In this document: one piece after another, positions 39,500-49,872 of the stretch
Layout: each line of letters opens with the position of its first letter
Numbering within the stretch: the first letter of the stretch is position 1
Assembly: GCA_030158185.1 (NCBI GenBank)
Contig: JAOATP010000136.1
Span: 1-52,053 of the forward strand
DNA from: Propionicimonas sp.
Lineage (GTDB): Bacteria > Actinomycetota > Actinomycetes > Propionibacteriales > Propionibacteriaceae
Reading direction: 5' to 3'
Length of the DNA stretch: 52,053 nt
The notes under the pieces: model-generated
The model's input: only the letters and a program-made list of their open reading frames with translations
What the model was told of the DNA's origin: nothing
Database searches by the model: none
Translations under genes and position numbers: made by a program

Positions 39500-42400
39500 C
39501 TATTCCACCGACTTGAGCGACTCGACCATCTGCACGACGGTCAGCTTCCGGTACGTGAAGGCGCTCACCACGAGGCCGAAGACAACGGTGAGGCCGAAGG
39601 CGATGGCGAAGCTCCATCCCGAAAGGTAGTTGCCGAACATCACGTTCTCCTGCTCGATCGAGGCCATGATCGCCCGGTGCAGGCCGACGCCGACCCCCAG
39701 GCCCACCAGCGCCCCGATGGCTGTCAGGAGCATGACCTCCCGGTAGATGTAGGTCGACACCTCACGGTTGAAGAAGCCCAGCACCTTGATGGTGGCGATC
39801 TCCCTGCTGCGTTCGCTGAGGTTGATGATCGTCAGGTTGTACAGGACGACGAAGGCCAGCAGTCCGGCGGAGACGATCATCGCCCACACGATCGTGTCGA
39901 GGCTCTTGATGGTGTCGGCGAACTTGGCGACGGCGTCGGAGTAGTAGGTCACGGAAGCGACCTGGCCGAAGGTCATCAGCCGGGTACCGAGCGCGGCCTC
40001 TGCCGCCCGGTCGTCCGTGGCGAGCTTGAGGAGGACCCCGTTGCACTCCGGACTGAACCCGAACACCTCACGGAAGGCGTCCGGACCCAGGTAGACGTAG
40101 TGGAAGATGTAGTTCTCCGCGATCCCGGAGACGACAGCCTGGCGGTACACGCCGGTGCCGCGGTCGATCGAGATCATGTCGCCCACCCGGACGCCGAGCT
40201 CGCCGGCCAGCTTCTCCGTGATCACGGCCCCGGATTCCGGCAGTGCGAGCCGGACCTGACCCTCGCGGGTGCGCAGCGAGACGAACTCGGTGAAGTGGCT
40301 CGCGTCCAGCGGTGACACAAGGCTCACCGGGATGTCGTCCTTCGGCCCCTTGACGGTGGAGTTGGCGTCGCTGACCTGCAGCGTCGCCTGTACGTCGGCC
40401 TGCCCGGCGAGGTCGGCCATGACCGCCGCGCGACCGTCGACCGTGGACGCCGGCGTGAACCGCACGGCGATGTCCTGCGCCTGGATGTCGCCGTACTGGC
40501 GGTGCACGATGCTCCCGATCGAGTCCGTCAGCCCGAGGCCGGCAAGGAGAAGCGCAGCACACCCGGCCACGCCGATGACCGTCATGAAGAACCGCTTCTT
40601 GTAGCGGAAGAGGTTCCGCATCGTCACCTTCTGGCTGAAGGAGAGCCGGCTCCACAACCCGGGGAGGCGTTCCAGCAGGATCACCTTGCCCGCGGTCGGT
40701 GCCTTGGGCCGCATCAGCGTCGCGGGCACGGCTGCGAGCTCCTTGCGCACGGAGAGGTACGCGGTGGCGCTGGTCAGCAGCACGCTGACGACGACCGTCC
40801 CCAGCAGCAGCGGCAGCTGCTCCACCTGCTCCATCGGCGGCAGCTCGTACATCATCGCCCAGGAGTCGAAGATCACCTTCGGGAAGACGTTGATGCCGGC
40901 CACAACGCCGATCGCGCCGCCGGCGAGGCTCGCGATCGCGGCGTAGGTGACGTACTTGAACGCGATGGCCCGCTCGCCGTAGCCCAGTGCCTTGTACGCG
41001 CCGAGCGATGTCCGCTGCTCGTCGATCATCCGGGTCATGGTGGTGAGGCAGACCAGGGCTGCGACGGCGAAGAAGAAGACAGGGAAGAGCAGCGCTATCG
41101 CGTCCATGCGGTCGGCTGTGGCTGCGTACTCGGCGTAGCTCGCCAGCTTCGACCGGTCCAGGACGTACCAGACGGGCGCGCTCAGTCGGTCGATCTCGTC
41201 CTGCGCAGCGGCGATCCGTGCCTCTCCGTCCGCGAGAGCCTTCGCACCCGCTGCCCTCCTTGCGTCCAGTTCCGCCTTGCCGAGGTCGAAGGCGGCCTGG
41301 GCTGTGTCGAGACGGGCCTCGGCTGCCGCGAACTCCCGCTGCGCCCTGGCCTTTGCCGCTGCCAGCTTGCTCCGTGCGCTGTTGAGCTGGGCGCGGGCGC
41401 CCGCGAGTTGCGCCTGAGCGGCGTTGAGTTGGGCCTTCGCCTTGTTCAGCTGCTTGCTGGCGGCACCGACGACGGTCGAACTGGCGTCGATCGCCTGTCG
41501 CGCGTTCTTCTGGATGACCTGCTGCTGGTCAAGGATCCCGCGCAGGGCTGCGCGCTGGTCGTCTGTGAGGTTGTCGGCCTGCAGCATGTCCTCGACGGTC
41601 GACATCGTGGCAAGCGCACTGTCGAGTGCCTCCTGTGCCTCCTTCTTGATCTGCTTCGCCTCGGAGATGATCGTCGATGCCTGCGACAGCAGCCTGCGGT
41701 AGCTGGCCGTGCTGGTGCTGTACACGGCCTGAGCGCGCCGGAGCTGGGCGTCGAACTGACCGATCATCGACTCCGAAGCGCTGACCTGCGTGACGAAGGC
41801 CTTCCGCTGGGCGGCCAGCGAGGCACGCCCGGAGACGATCCGGTCCCCCGCCTCCGCCAGCTTCTGCTCTGCTGCGGCGATCTCCCGGTCGTAGCGGGCC
41901 CGCTCCGCCGCGAGGTCGGCCTTGGCCTGGTCGAGCTTCGCCTGGGCCTCGCGCCTGATCGCGACGAGCCGCAGGGGCGCGCGCTCCTCGCCGAGGTTGG
42001 CGAGGCGACCGCCGACCCGACCGACGAGGGAGCGGTACTCGGAGCTGTAGGAGTCGAGCTGCCTCGCACCCTGCACGGTGACGAGGGCCTCGGTGTAGAC
42101 CGGGTAGCGGAACTCGTTCGAGCCGACGAGCATGAACAGGTTGATGCGGCCGCCGCCGATGCTCGACTCGCCGTGGTCGAAGGTGAGGTAGAGGGGCGAG
42201 ACGACCTTCCCGACGATCTGGTAGCGGCTGTGCGCAAGGGTGGCAGAGATGTCCGTTGCCGTTCCGGAGGTCACGGGGATGGTGTCGCCGATGGAGAGCG
42301 GGAAGGGCATGTTGCGGTTGGCCTCGATCACGCACTCGTCCGGGTTGCCGGGCAGCCTGCCCTCGACCAGCCTGGGCTGGTTGAGCGCCGTCAGGTTGCC

Positions 42401-42751
42401 GTCGCCACCGACAGAAGTGGGCAGCGAGTGGGTGCGCAGGACGTACTCGACGCCGTTGATGCTGGTGGTGACGTCGACGAAGTAGGCGGCCTGGACCGAC
42501 TGCACACCCTCGGTCGCAGCGATGGCGCTGATGTCGTCCCCGTCGAGCCCGAGGGTGGAGAGGATGCGGATGTCCATCATGTTCTGCTGGTCGTAGTAGC
42601 GATCGGCGGTGTACTTCATGTCGGGCGCAGCGGCCTTGATGCCGACGAAGAGGCCGGCACCGATCGCGACGATGGCGAGGATGGAGAAGAACCGCGCCGG
42701 CGACCGGCGGACCTCCCTGAGCGCGTCCGTGAGCAGCGCACGGCTGAGCAT
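39500..42751 (-). CDS. FtsX/MacB-like ABC exporter permease with long coiled coil
   Basis: RFFSILAIVAIG, Ala/Gln-rich coiled coil, FPVFFFAVAALVCLTTMTRM and LYNLTIINLSERSREIATIKVLGF. Confidence 0.9.
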   Translation of the reverse strand: MLSRALLTDALREVRRSPARFFSILAIVAIGAGLFVGIKAAAPDMKYTADRYYDQQNMMDIRILSTLGLDGDDISAIAATEGVQSVQAAYFVDVTTSINGVEYVLRTHSLPTSVGGDGNLTALNQPRLVEGRLPGNPDECVIEANRNMPFPLSIGDTIPVTSGTATDISATLAHSRYQIVGKVVSPLYLTFDHGESSIGGGRINLFMLVGSNEFRYPVYTEALVTVQGARQLDSYSSEYRSLVGRVGGRLANLGEERAPLRLVAIRREAQAKLDQAKADLAAERARYDREIAAAEQKLAEAGDRIVSGRASLAAQRKAFVTQVSASESMIGQFDAQLRRAQAVYSTSTASYRRLLSQASTIISEAKQIKKEAQEALDSALATMSTVEDMLQADNLTDDQRAALRGILDQQQVIQKNARQAIDASSTVVGAASKQLNKAKAQLNAAQAQLAGARAQLNSARSKLAAAKARAQREFAAAEARLDTAQAAFDLGKAELDARRAAGAKALADGEARIAAAQDEIDRLSAPVWYVLDRSKLASYAEYAATADRMDAIALLFPVFFFAVAALVCLTTMTRMIDEQRTSLGAYKALGYGERAIAFKYVTYAAIASLAGGAIGVVAGINVFPKVIFDSWAMMYELPPMEQVEQLPLLLGTVVVSVLLTSATAYLSVRKELAAVPATLMRPKAPTAGKVILLERLPGLWSRLSFSQKVTMRNLFRYKKRFFMTVIGVAGCAALLLAGLGLTDSIGSIVHRQYGDIQAQDIAVRFTPASTVDGRAAVMADLAGQADVQATLQVSDANSTVKGPKDDIPVSLVSPLDASHFTEFVSLRTREGQVRLALPESGAVITEKLAGELGVRVGDMISIDRGTGVYRQAVVSGIAENYIFHYVYLGPDAFREVFGFSPECNGVLLKLATDDRAAEAALGTRLMTFGQVASVTYYSDAVAKFADTIKSLDTIVWAMIVSAGLLAFVVLYNLTIINLSERSREIATIKVLGFFNREVSTYIYREVMLLTAIGALVGLGVGVGLHRAIMASIEQENVMFGNYLSGWSFAIAFGLTVVFGLVVSAFTYRKLTVVQMVESLKSVE

Positions 42752-43455
42752 CACCACTCCAAACTGTCGACGCTGACCGTCTCCGGATTGTCGATGACCT
42801 CGCCGATGAGCCCGCTCTTCACCTTGATCACCCGGTCCCCCATCGGCATCAGCGCCGGATTGTGGGTGATCACGACGACGGTGATCCTGCGGTTGCGGCA
42901 GGTCTCCTGCAGCAGGCGCAGGATCGAGCGGCCCGTGTCGTAGTCGAGGGCTCCAGTCGGTTCATCGCAGAGGAGGAGCTTCGGGTTCTTTGCGACGGCG
43001 CGCGCGATCGCCACCCGTTGCTGCTCGCCACCCGAGAGCTGGGAGGGGAAGTTCGGCATCCGGTCGGCGAGCCCGACGCTCGCCATCACCTCGTCGATGT
43101 CGAGCGGATCCTTGCTGACCTGCGAGGCGAGTTCGACGTTCTCCCGCGCCGTGAGGTTCGGGATCAGGTTGTAGAACTGGAAGACGAAGCCGACGTCGTA
43201 GCGCCGGTACTCGACCATCTGCTTCTGCGAGTACGCACTCACCTCGGCGCCGTCGAAGAAGGTCTTGCCCGATGTGGGCAGGTCCATACCGCCGAGGATG
43301 TTCAGGATCGTGCTCTTGCCGGCACCCGAGGCGCCGGCGATGATGACGAACTGGCCCTCGTCGATGCCGAAGCTGACGCCGGCGAGCGCCTCGATGTCGT
43401 AGTCCCCCATGCGGTAGGTCTTCTTCACCCCGTCGAACTCGACGTAGCTCCCCAT
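42751..43455 (-). CDS. ABC exporter ATP-binding protein (LolD/MacB-type)
   Basis: [25 protein letters not shown] and CDEPTGALD. Confidence 0.95.
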   Translation of the reverse strand: MGSYVEFDGVKKTYRMGDYDIEALAGVSFGIDEGQFVIIAGASGAGKSTILNILGGMDLPTSGKTFFDGAEVSAYSQKQMVEYRRYDVGFVFQFYNLIPNLTARENVELASQVSKDPLDIDEVMASVGLADRMPNFPSQLSGGEQQRVAIARAVAKNPKLLLCDEPTGALDYDTGRSILRLLQETCRNRRITVVVITHNPALMPMGDRVIKVKSGLIGEVIDNPETVSVDSLEW

Positions 43456-43465
43456 GTCAGCTCCC

Positions 43466-44053
43466 TCACAGCCTCGTCAGTTCCCTGCGCTCGAGCGCGA
43501 CGTCGGTGTCCCCCGGGCCGCTGTCAAGGCTGCAGAAAGCCAGCACGTATCCCTCGAACCGCTCGTCAAGACCCACCCATGCCTGCCGGCTTCTGACGCT
43601 CGCCGTCCCGTCCGGTGCGACGTCGACGTCCAGGTCCTTCACCGCGTAGCCAAGGCCCGTCCCGACCGCCTTCAGGTAGCTCTCCTTGAGCGTCCAGTAC
43701 CGGAAGAACTCCCTGTCGGGATCGGGTGACCGGAGCACCCGGTCGATCTCTGCCGGGTTCAGCATCCGGGCGAGCGCGAACCGGTCGAGCGGACGCAGCC
43801 ACTCGACGTCCACCCCGATCCGGGCCGACGATGCCGCCACCAGCACCGCGCCTTCACAGTGGGAGACGCTCACGTGGACCTCGGGGTGGGCGGCAACGGC
43901 CGGCCGCCCGCAGCTGTCGTGGACCAGGTCGGTTCCGGCGGCGGGCAGGCCGAAGCCGTTACCGAGGGCGTGCTGCAGCAGGACCTCGGCTGCGGCGTGC
44001 TGCCCCTGGTGCGTACGCAGCCGGGCGTCCAGGCACACGGCCGCACGGATCAT
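43466..44053 (-). CDS. Sfp-type 4'-phosphopantetheinyl transferase
   Basis: VSVSH, IGVDVE and FFRYWTLKESYLKAVGTGL; ATG overlaps the ACP stop. Confidence 0.9.
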   Translation of the reverse strand: MIRAAVCLDARLRTHQGQHAAAEVLLQHALGNGFGLPAAGTDLVHDSCGRPAVAAHPEVHVSVSHCEGAVLVAASSARIGVDVEWLRPLDRFALARMLNPAEIDRVLRSPDPDREFFRYWTLKESYLKAVGTGLGYAVKDLDVDVAPDGTASVRSRQAWVGLDERFEGYVLAFCSLDSGPGDTDVALERRELTRL

Positions 44054-44286
44054 GTCTGCAGCTTCGCCTTGATGTAGTCGTCGAGGTCGCCGAGCGTGAC
44101 GAGCCGGCGGACATCGCGCTCGGCGATCTCGACCCCGAGGTCGGACTCCAGTCGCCCGATGATGCTCATCATGTCGTAGGAGTTCAGGTGCAGGTCGCGC
44201 ACCGGGTCGGTGGCCCTGGTCAACTGGTCGTCCTCGACCTCCGCGTAGTCCTTGACGAGGTTGGTGATGGCACCGAGCAGATTCAT
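44050..44286 (-). CDS. Acyl carrier protein
   Basis: 78 aa, acidic; DLHLNSYD Ppant-Ser motif; TLGDLDDYI. Confidence 0.88.
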   Translation of the reverse strand: MNLLGAITNLVKDYAEVEDDQLTRATDPVRDLHLNSYDMMSIIGRLESDLGVEIAERDVRRLVTLGDLDDYIKAKLQT

Positions 44287-45984
44287 ACGAGTACCCCCTC
44301 AATCCGATGGCGCATGATCTTGCGTGTGGCTGTCTTCTCGAACTCCTGCTCCCTCAGCCGGGTGAGGCAGATGCGCTTGTAGCTCGCGAGGCGCTGGTTG
44401 ACGGTCGCGACGTCGGCGTCGAAGCGCACCCGTGCCCCGTCCGCGCCCAGCGCACTCACCCACTCCGGGTCGAGGTAGGCGGACGCGGCGATCCGCGGTG
44501 AGCCTGTGGGGTCGAGAAGTTCGTGCACGACGACCTCCTTCAGGTAGCCGATGCCGCACAGGAGCGCCTCCTCGATCTCCTCCGGCTGCACGTTCTTGCC
44601 GTTCGGCAGGATGATCAGGTTCTTCTCCCTGCCGGTGATGAACAGCGCCCCGCCGCGCCCCAGCCGTCCGAGGTCGCCGGTCCTGAACCAGCCGTCCTCC
44701 GTGAACGCGGCGGCCGTGGCTTTCGGATCATTGAAGTAGCCCAGCATCACGTGGGTCCCACGCACCTGGATTTCTCCATTGCCGTCAGCATCCTTGTCTG
44801 CGATCCGCACCTCGATCTCCGGGCACGGGACCCCGACCGAGCCGCGCACTCGGCGCAGGGTGCAGTTGGAGGAGATCAGCGGGGAGCACTCGGTGATCCC
44901 GTAGCCGTTGTACACGTCGATGCCCAGCGAGGTGAGTCCTGCTGCCGTCTCCGCCGCAAGGGGCGCGCCACCGCACACGATCACCCGCAGACGGCCGCCG
45001 AAATGCTCGTGAATAGGACGGAAGAAGGCGCGCCGCAGGTCTATTCCGACGTGACCCAGCGCATTCGAGAGACCGATCGCGTAGCGCAGGTAGCCGGTCA
45101 TGTGATTCTTTTCTGCTTCTTTCCAGATGCCCTTGTAGAGCGCATCAACGATCATCGGGACCATCAGCGACATTTCCGGCCGGAATCGTTCGAGATTCTC
45201 ACGCACATGCATGATGCTGTCGTTGAAATTGATCGTGATGCCGTCGAAGAGGCAGCCGAGGATGTTGAGGTTGAACTCGTAGGCGTGGTTGATCGGCAGC
45301 ACCGACATGCCGCTGCGCGGGAAGCGGAACATCGTGAAGGCCGAGTGGATGACGGCGACGATGTTCCGCTGGGACAGCATGACGCCCTTGCTCGGGCCCG
45401 TGGTGCCGGACGTGAACAGGATCGCGGCGAGAGCCTCGGGATCTGCGATGACGCCCTGGTAGCGGTCGTCGCCCCTGTCGAGGAGGGCGCGGCCGGCCTC
45501 CCGGAATTCATCGAATCCAGGATTCTCGGATTCGGTAGGGAAACGGGTGATGTTGAGCGTGAATCCGACCGCAGGGCAGGTGGCGAGGATGGCGGGAAGC
45601 TCTGCGGCGAAAGTGTCGCCGTACAGCAGGGCTCTCGCCCCGCTGCGCACGATGAGGTCGGCCAGTTCGCCGTTGGTCAGTTCCTTGTCCAGCGGGACGA
45701 TCACTCCACCGCTGCCCACCACGGCCAGGTAACAGATCACGTAGCTGTAGCTGTTGTCCCCGACGATGGCGACGTGGGCCCCGGCCAACCCAGCATCGAT
45801 CAGGGCCGTCCCGACGTCCGCGACCTCGTCGCGGACCTGTGTGTAGGTGTACTCGTGCACACCCTTGCTGCCGTCCAGCTCCCGAAAGGCTATTCGGTCG
45901 CCGAAGGTGAGTGCGCTCCTGCTGACAAGTTCCGCCAGGTCCCTCAGATAGGGAACCTCATAGAAACCGGACCATCACTGCCAT
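44283..45984 (-). CDS. Long-chain fatty acyl-AMP/CoA ligase (AMP-binding); 5' end frameshifted or start uncertain
   Basis: ILFTSGTTGPSKGV, NGYGITE, FRTGDLG, GREKNLI and KTATRKI; frame open to 45974, first in-frame ATG/GTG/TTG is GTG 45860, and ATGs at 45984/45975 are out of frame. Confidence 0.85.
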
Positions 45985-46092
45985 CCCCCGAGACATTGAG
46001 GCGAACAGCTTTCAGCGTAGCCCCGCGTCGCGGCGCGCGTGCGAAGTCATGGAATTAGCAATGGAATTCGGCGCACGCCGGGAAAGGACCTG

Positions 46093-49000
46093 CTAGCTCT
46101 TTGCAGGGACCGCAGCCATCGCCGTCCGCACACGCTTCGCGGACACCGGCACCGCCGTGCCAAGGGCCTGGGCGAACAGGCTGACGCGCAACTCCTCCAG
46201 CAGCCACCCGACCTCAGAAACGGGGGCGGGCAGCGGACCGCTCGGGTAACGCCGGCACAGCGCCGCGTACTCGTCCTCCAGGTCACCGATCAGTTCCAGG
46301 CCCTCGGCCTCACGCCGCGGATTGGTGTGCGCGGCGTCCAGCCGTCGCGCGATGGCCCGCAGGTACGTGGGCAGCCGACGCCAGGCCGACGGCGGCGTCG
46401 CTGCGATGAAGCCCGGGTAGACCAGACCGCCGAGCTGTTCGGTCACGTCCGTCCTCGTCCCCGGCGGGGCGGACGGCAGCGACCGCTTCACCTCCCCGGC
46501 GAGCTGGACGATCTCCCCCGCCGTGGTGACGGCCTGCTGCAGCGCAGCGGCTGCATCCGTGCGCACGGTGTCGGCGAGCGCTGTGAACGCGGCGGCGTCG
46601 CGTACCTCCCACAGCCCGCCGCGGGCGTCCGCGAGTTCACCGGTGACCTTCAGCCGTGCGTCGGCGAGCAGCGCAGGGACGCTCGCGTACGGCGAGGTGG
46701 CGAGGGCCAGCTTGGTGGAATTGGACATCCGGCTGACAGCCCAGCGGGTGGGGTCAACCGTCGTGAGGGTGATGAGGCGCCGCAGGCCGTTGCGGTGCGC
46801 CCGCACAGCGGCGTCAGGCTCGGCGAACACCTGGACCCCCACCTTCCTGACGCGATCCACCAGTGCGGGATAGCCGGGCATCGGCTCGCTCAGCTCGGTC
46901 GGTATCGTGCCGAACTCCCAGCTGGTCGCGCCCTCGTGGGTCAGGTGCGCCGCTGCGGCGTTGAGCGTCCGGCTGACCTTCGGTGCCAGCTGCTGGGACA
47001 GTTCGGCGAGGTCACGCCCGACGACCGGCTCTGCGCCGTCGGCCTGCACCCGGAACCGTACCCGCAGGTGGTCGGGGACGGCTGCCGGCTGCCAGGCGTC
47101 CGGCGGCACCTGGACGCCGGTGAGCGCGAGGATGCCGCGGCCCAGCGCTGTCCACAGCGGCTCGGACGCAGGGCCGGGATGGTCGTCCAGCCAGGCGAGT
47201 GCCCGGCGTGCGGTGTCGGGCGCGGGCACCAGCTGGGTGCGCAGCGCCTTCGGCAGGCCGCGCACCAGTTCTGCAGCCACCTCGCCTCGGAGGCCGGGAA
47301 CCTGCCAGGTGAACGCCGCCGGGTCGAGCCGGGTGAGGGCCGCAAGGGGGATCGTGACAGTGACGCCGTCATGACCGCTGCCGGGGTCGAACGCGTAGTC
47401 GACGTCGAGTCGCTCACCGGAGGACACCCAGTGGTCGGGGTAGGAGTCGTTGTCCAGGTCGGCGTCGGGCTGCACGAGGTCGGCAAGGGTCAGGTCGAGC
47501 AGGTGCTCGTCCGTGCGTCGCGCGTCCCGCCACCAGCGATCGAAGTGGGCGACGCTGACGATGTCGGCAGGGATGCGCCGCTCGTAGAACGCGGCGATGC
47601 TGACGTCGTCGACCAGCAGGTCACGGCGCCGGTTCCTGTCTGCCAGCTGCTCAGCCTCCGCACGGGTGGCCTGGTTGCGCGGCCAGAAGTGGTGCCGTGT
47701 GCGCCACTGGCCCTCGACGAGCGCGGACTGGATGAACACCTCGCGGGCGACGACCGGGTCGATACGGGCGTAGCTGACCAGCCGCTGGGCGATGATGGGG
47801 ACGCCGAGCAGCGTGACCCGTTCGTAGGCGACGCACTGCCCACCGGAGGCGGACCAGTGCGGCTCGGAGTAGTTGCGCTTGAGCAGGTGCCCGCCGACGG
47901 CCTCCACCCACTCGGCCTCGATCGGCGCCACCATGCGCGCCCAGAGCCGCGACGTCTCCACCAGCTCCACGGCCATGACCAGCGGCGGGTTCGTGCGGGC
48001 AGAACTCGAACCGGGGTTGATCGCGAAGCGCGCTCCCCGCGCACCGAGGTACTCGGCCGGCCCGCGCCGCTTGCCGCGCTCCGGCTTGGCCTGGGAGGTC
48101 ACGTCCAGCAGGCCGACGTGCGAGAGCAGGCCGGCGAGGACGGCCGTGTGCACCCGGTCGAGACCGGCAGGGACGTCATTGCGCCGCAGCCCCATCTCCG
48201 TGCAGGCCTCACGCAGCTGGGAATGGAGGTCCTGCCACTCACGGACGCGGAGGAAGTTCAGGTACTCGCTGCGGCACAGGCGGCGGAAGGCGTTGCCGGA
48301 CAGCTCGCGCCTGCGTTCCCGCAGGTAGGCCCACAGCCGCAGCAAGGCCGCGATGTCGGACCCGTCCGGCGTCGGCTCCGCAGCGCCGTCGAGCGGCGCC
48401 CAGAACCGCTTGTGCGCGGCGTCGGCGGCAGCGGTGTCGTCCGCCGGCCGCTCCCGCACGTCGGGAATGGCGATGCCGGCGACGATCGGGAGGACCTCCC
48501 GCAGGCATCCCTGCTGGTTCGCCTCGACGATCATGCGTCCCAGCCGTGGGTCGACCGGGAGGCGGGCGAGCTGCCGTCCCACCGGGGTCAGCCGGACGGT
48601 GCCGCGGTCGTGCCCACCGGTCTCGACGGCCCCGAGCTCGCTCAACAGGCGGAGGCCGTCACGCACCTGGCTGGCGTCGGGGGCCTCGACGAACGGGAAG
48701 CGGGTGATGTCGCCCAGCCCGGCGTCGGCCATCTGCAAGATGACGGCTGCAAGGTTGGTGCGCAGGATCTCCGGCTGGGTGAACTCCGGACGGGAGGCGA
48801 AGTCCTCCTCGTCGTAGAGGCGGATGCAGATGCCCGGTCCGAGCCGGCCACAGCGTCCGGCACGCTGGTTGGCAGAGGCCTGCGAGATGGGCTCGATCGG
48901 CAGTCGCTGCACCTTCGTGCGAGCCGAGTAGCGGGAGATCCGCGCCATTCCCGGGTCGACGACGAAGCGGATGCCCGGCACGGTCAGCGACGTCTCCGCA

Positions 49001-49851
49001 ACGTTCGTTGCCAGCACGATGCGCCGGCCGGTGTGCGAGCTGAACACGCGGTGCTGCTCCTCGGCCGAGAGCCGGGCATACAGGGGTACCACCTCCGTGA
49101 AGCGCAGTTGCAGTCCGGCGATCGCCTCGGCGGCGTCCCGGATCTCGCGCTCGCCGGAGAGGAAGACGAGGATGTCGCCGTCCAGCCGGGCGGACAGCTC
49201 CTTGACGGCGTCGCAGATCGCGTCCAGCTGGTCACGGTCGCGGTCGTCTGCGGTGCCGGCGATCGGGCGGTAGCGGATCTCCACCGGGTAGGTGCGGCCC
49301 GACACCTCGATCACCGGGGCGTCGTTGAAGTGTTCGCTGAAGCGGGCCGTGTCGATGGTGGCCGACGTGATCACCAGCCGCAGGTCGGGCCGTTTCGGCA
49401 GCAGCTGCTTCAGGTAGCCGAGCAGGAAGTCGATGTTGAGGGAGCGTTCGTGCGCCTCATCGATGATGATCGTGTCGTAGCGGCGAAGCTCGCGGTCGTG
49501 CGCGATCTCCGCGAGCAGGATGCCGTCGGTCATCACCTTGACCCGGGTCTCGCGGCTGCGCTTGCTGGAGAAGCGCACCTGGAAGCCGACCGTGCGGCCG
49601 AGTTCCTCGCCGAGTTCCTCCGCCATCCGGGCGGCGACGCTACGGGCTGCGATGCGGCGGGGCTGGGTGTGGCCGATGTTCCTGCGGCCGGCGAGCAGGC
49701 AGATCTTGGGCAACTGGGTGGTCTTGCCCGAGCCGGTCTCCCCCGCCACGACGATCACCTGGTTGGCGATCAGCGCCGCACGGATCTCCTCGACGTGGGC
49801 GCTGATGGGCAGCGCATCGTCGAAGGTGAGCGCGGGCGGGTCGGCGGTCAT
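46093..49851 (-). CDS. hrpA: ATP-dependent RNA helicase HrpA
   Basis: GETGSGKTTQLPK, DEAHERS, SAT, QRAGRCGR and C-terminal EELRVSLFAQ. Confidence 0.96.
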   Translation of the reverse strand: MTADPPALTFDDALPISAHVEEIRAALIANQVIVVAGETGSGKTTQLPKICLLAGRRNIGHTQPRRIAARSVAARMAEELGEELGRTVGFQVRFSSKRSRETRVKVMTDGILLAEIAHDRELRRYDTIIIDEAHERSLNIDFLLGYLKQLLPKRPDLRLVITSATIDTARFSEHFNDAPVIEVSGRTYPVEIRYRPIAGTADDRDRDQLDAICDAVKELSARLDGDILVFLSGEREIRDAAEAIAGLQLRFTEVVPLYARLSAEEQHRVFSSHTGRRIVLATNVAETSLTVPGIRFVVDPGMARISRYSARTKVQRLPIEPISQASANQRAGRCGRLGPGICIRLYDEEDFASRPEFTQPEILRTNLAAVILQMADAGLGDITRFPFVEAPDASQVRDGLRLLSELGAVETGGHDRGTVRLTPVGRQLARLPVDPRLGRMIVEANQQGCLREVLPIVAGIAIPDVRERPADDTAAADAAHKRFWAPLDGAAEPTPDGSDIAALLRLWAYLRERRRELSGNAFRRLCRSEYLNFLRVREWQDLHSQLREACTEMGLRRNDVPAGLDRVHTAVLAGLLSHVGLLDVTSQAKPERGKRRGPAEYLGARGARFAINPGSSSARTNPPLVMAVELVETSRLWARMVAPIEAEWVEAVGGHLLKRNYSEPHWSASGGQCVAYERVTLLGVPIIAQRLVSYARIDPVVAREVFIQSALVEGQWRTRHHFWPRNQATRAEAEQLADRNRRRDLLVDDVSIAAFYERRIPADIVSVAHFDRWWRDARRTDEHLLDLTLADLVQPDADLDNDSYPDHWVSSGERLDVDYAFDPGSGHDGVTVTIPLAALTRLDPAAFTWQVPGLRGEVAAELVRGLPKALRTQLVPAPDTARRALAWLDDHPGPASEPLWTALGRGILALTGVQVPPDAWQPAAVPDHLRVRFRVQADGAEPVVGRDLAELSQQLAPKVSRTLNAAAAHLTHEGATSWEFGTIPTELSEPMPGYPALVDRVRKVGVQVFAEPDAAVRAHRNGLRRLITLTTVDPTRWAVSRMSNSTKLALATSPYASVPALLADARLKVTGELADARGGLWEVRDAAAFTALADTVRTDAAAALQQAVTTAGEIVQLAGEVKRSLPSAPPGTRTDVTEQLGGLVYPGFIAATPPSAWRRLPTYLRAIARRLDAAHTNPRREAEGLELIGDLEDEYAALCRRYPSGPLPAPVSEVGWLLEELRVSLFAQALGTAVPVSAKRVRTAMAAVPAKS

Positions 49852-49872
49852 AGCCGGCCCACATTACCCGAG

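Noticed and set aside
41200-41960. Ala/Gln-rich repetitive stretch in the permease as a separate repeat or tape-measure-like gene
   Set aside because: It is the in-frame coiled-coil segment typical of this FtsX-like permease family.
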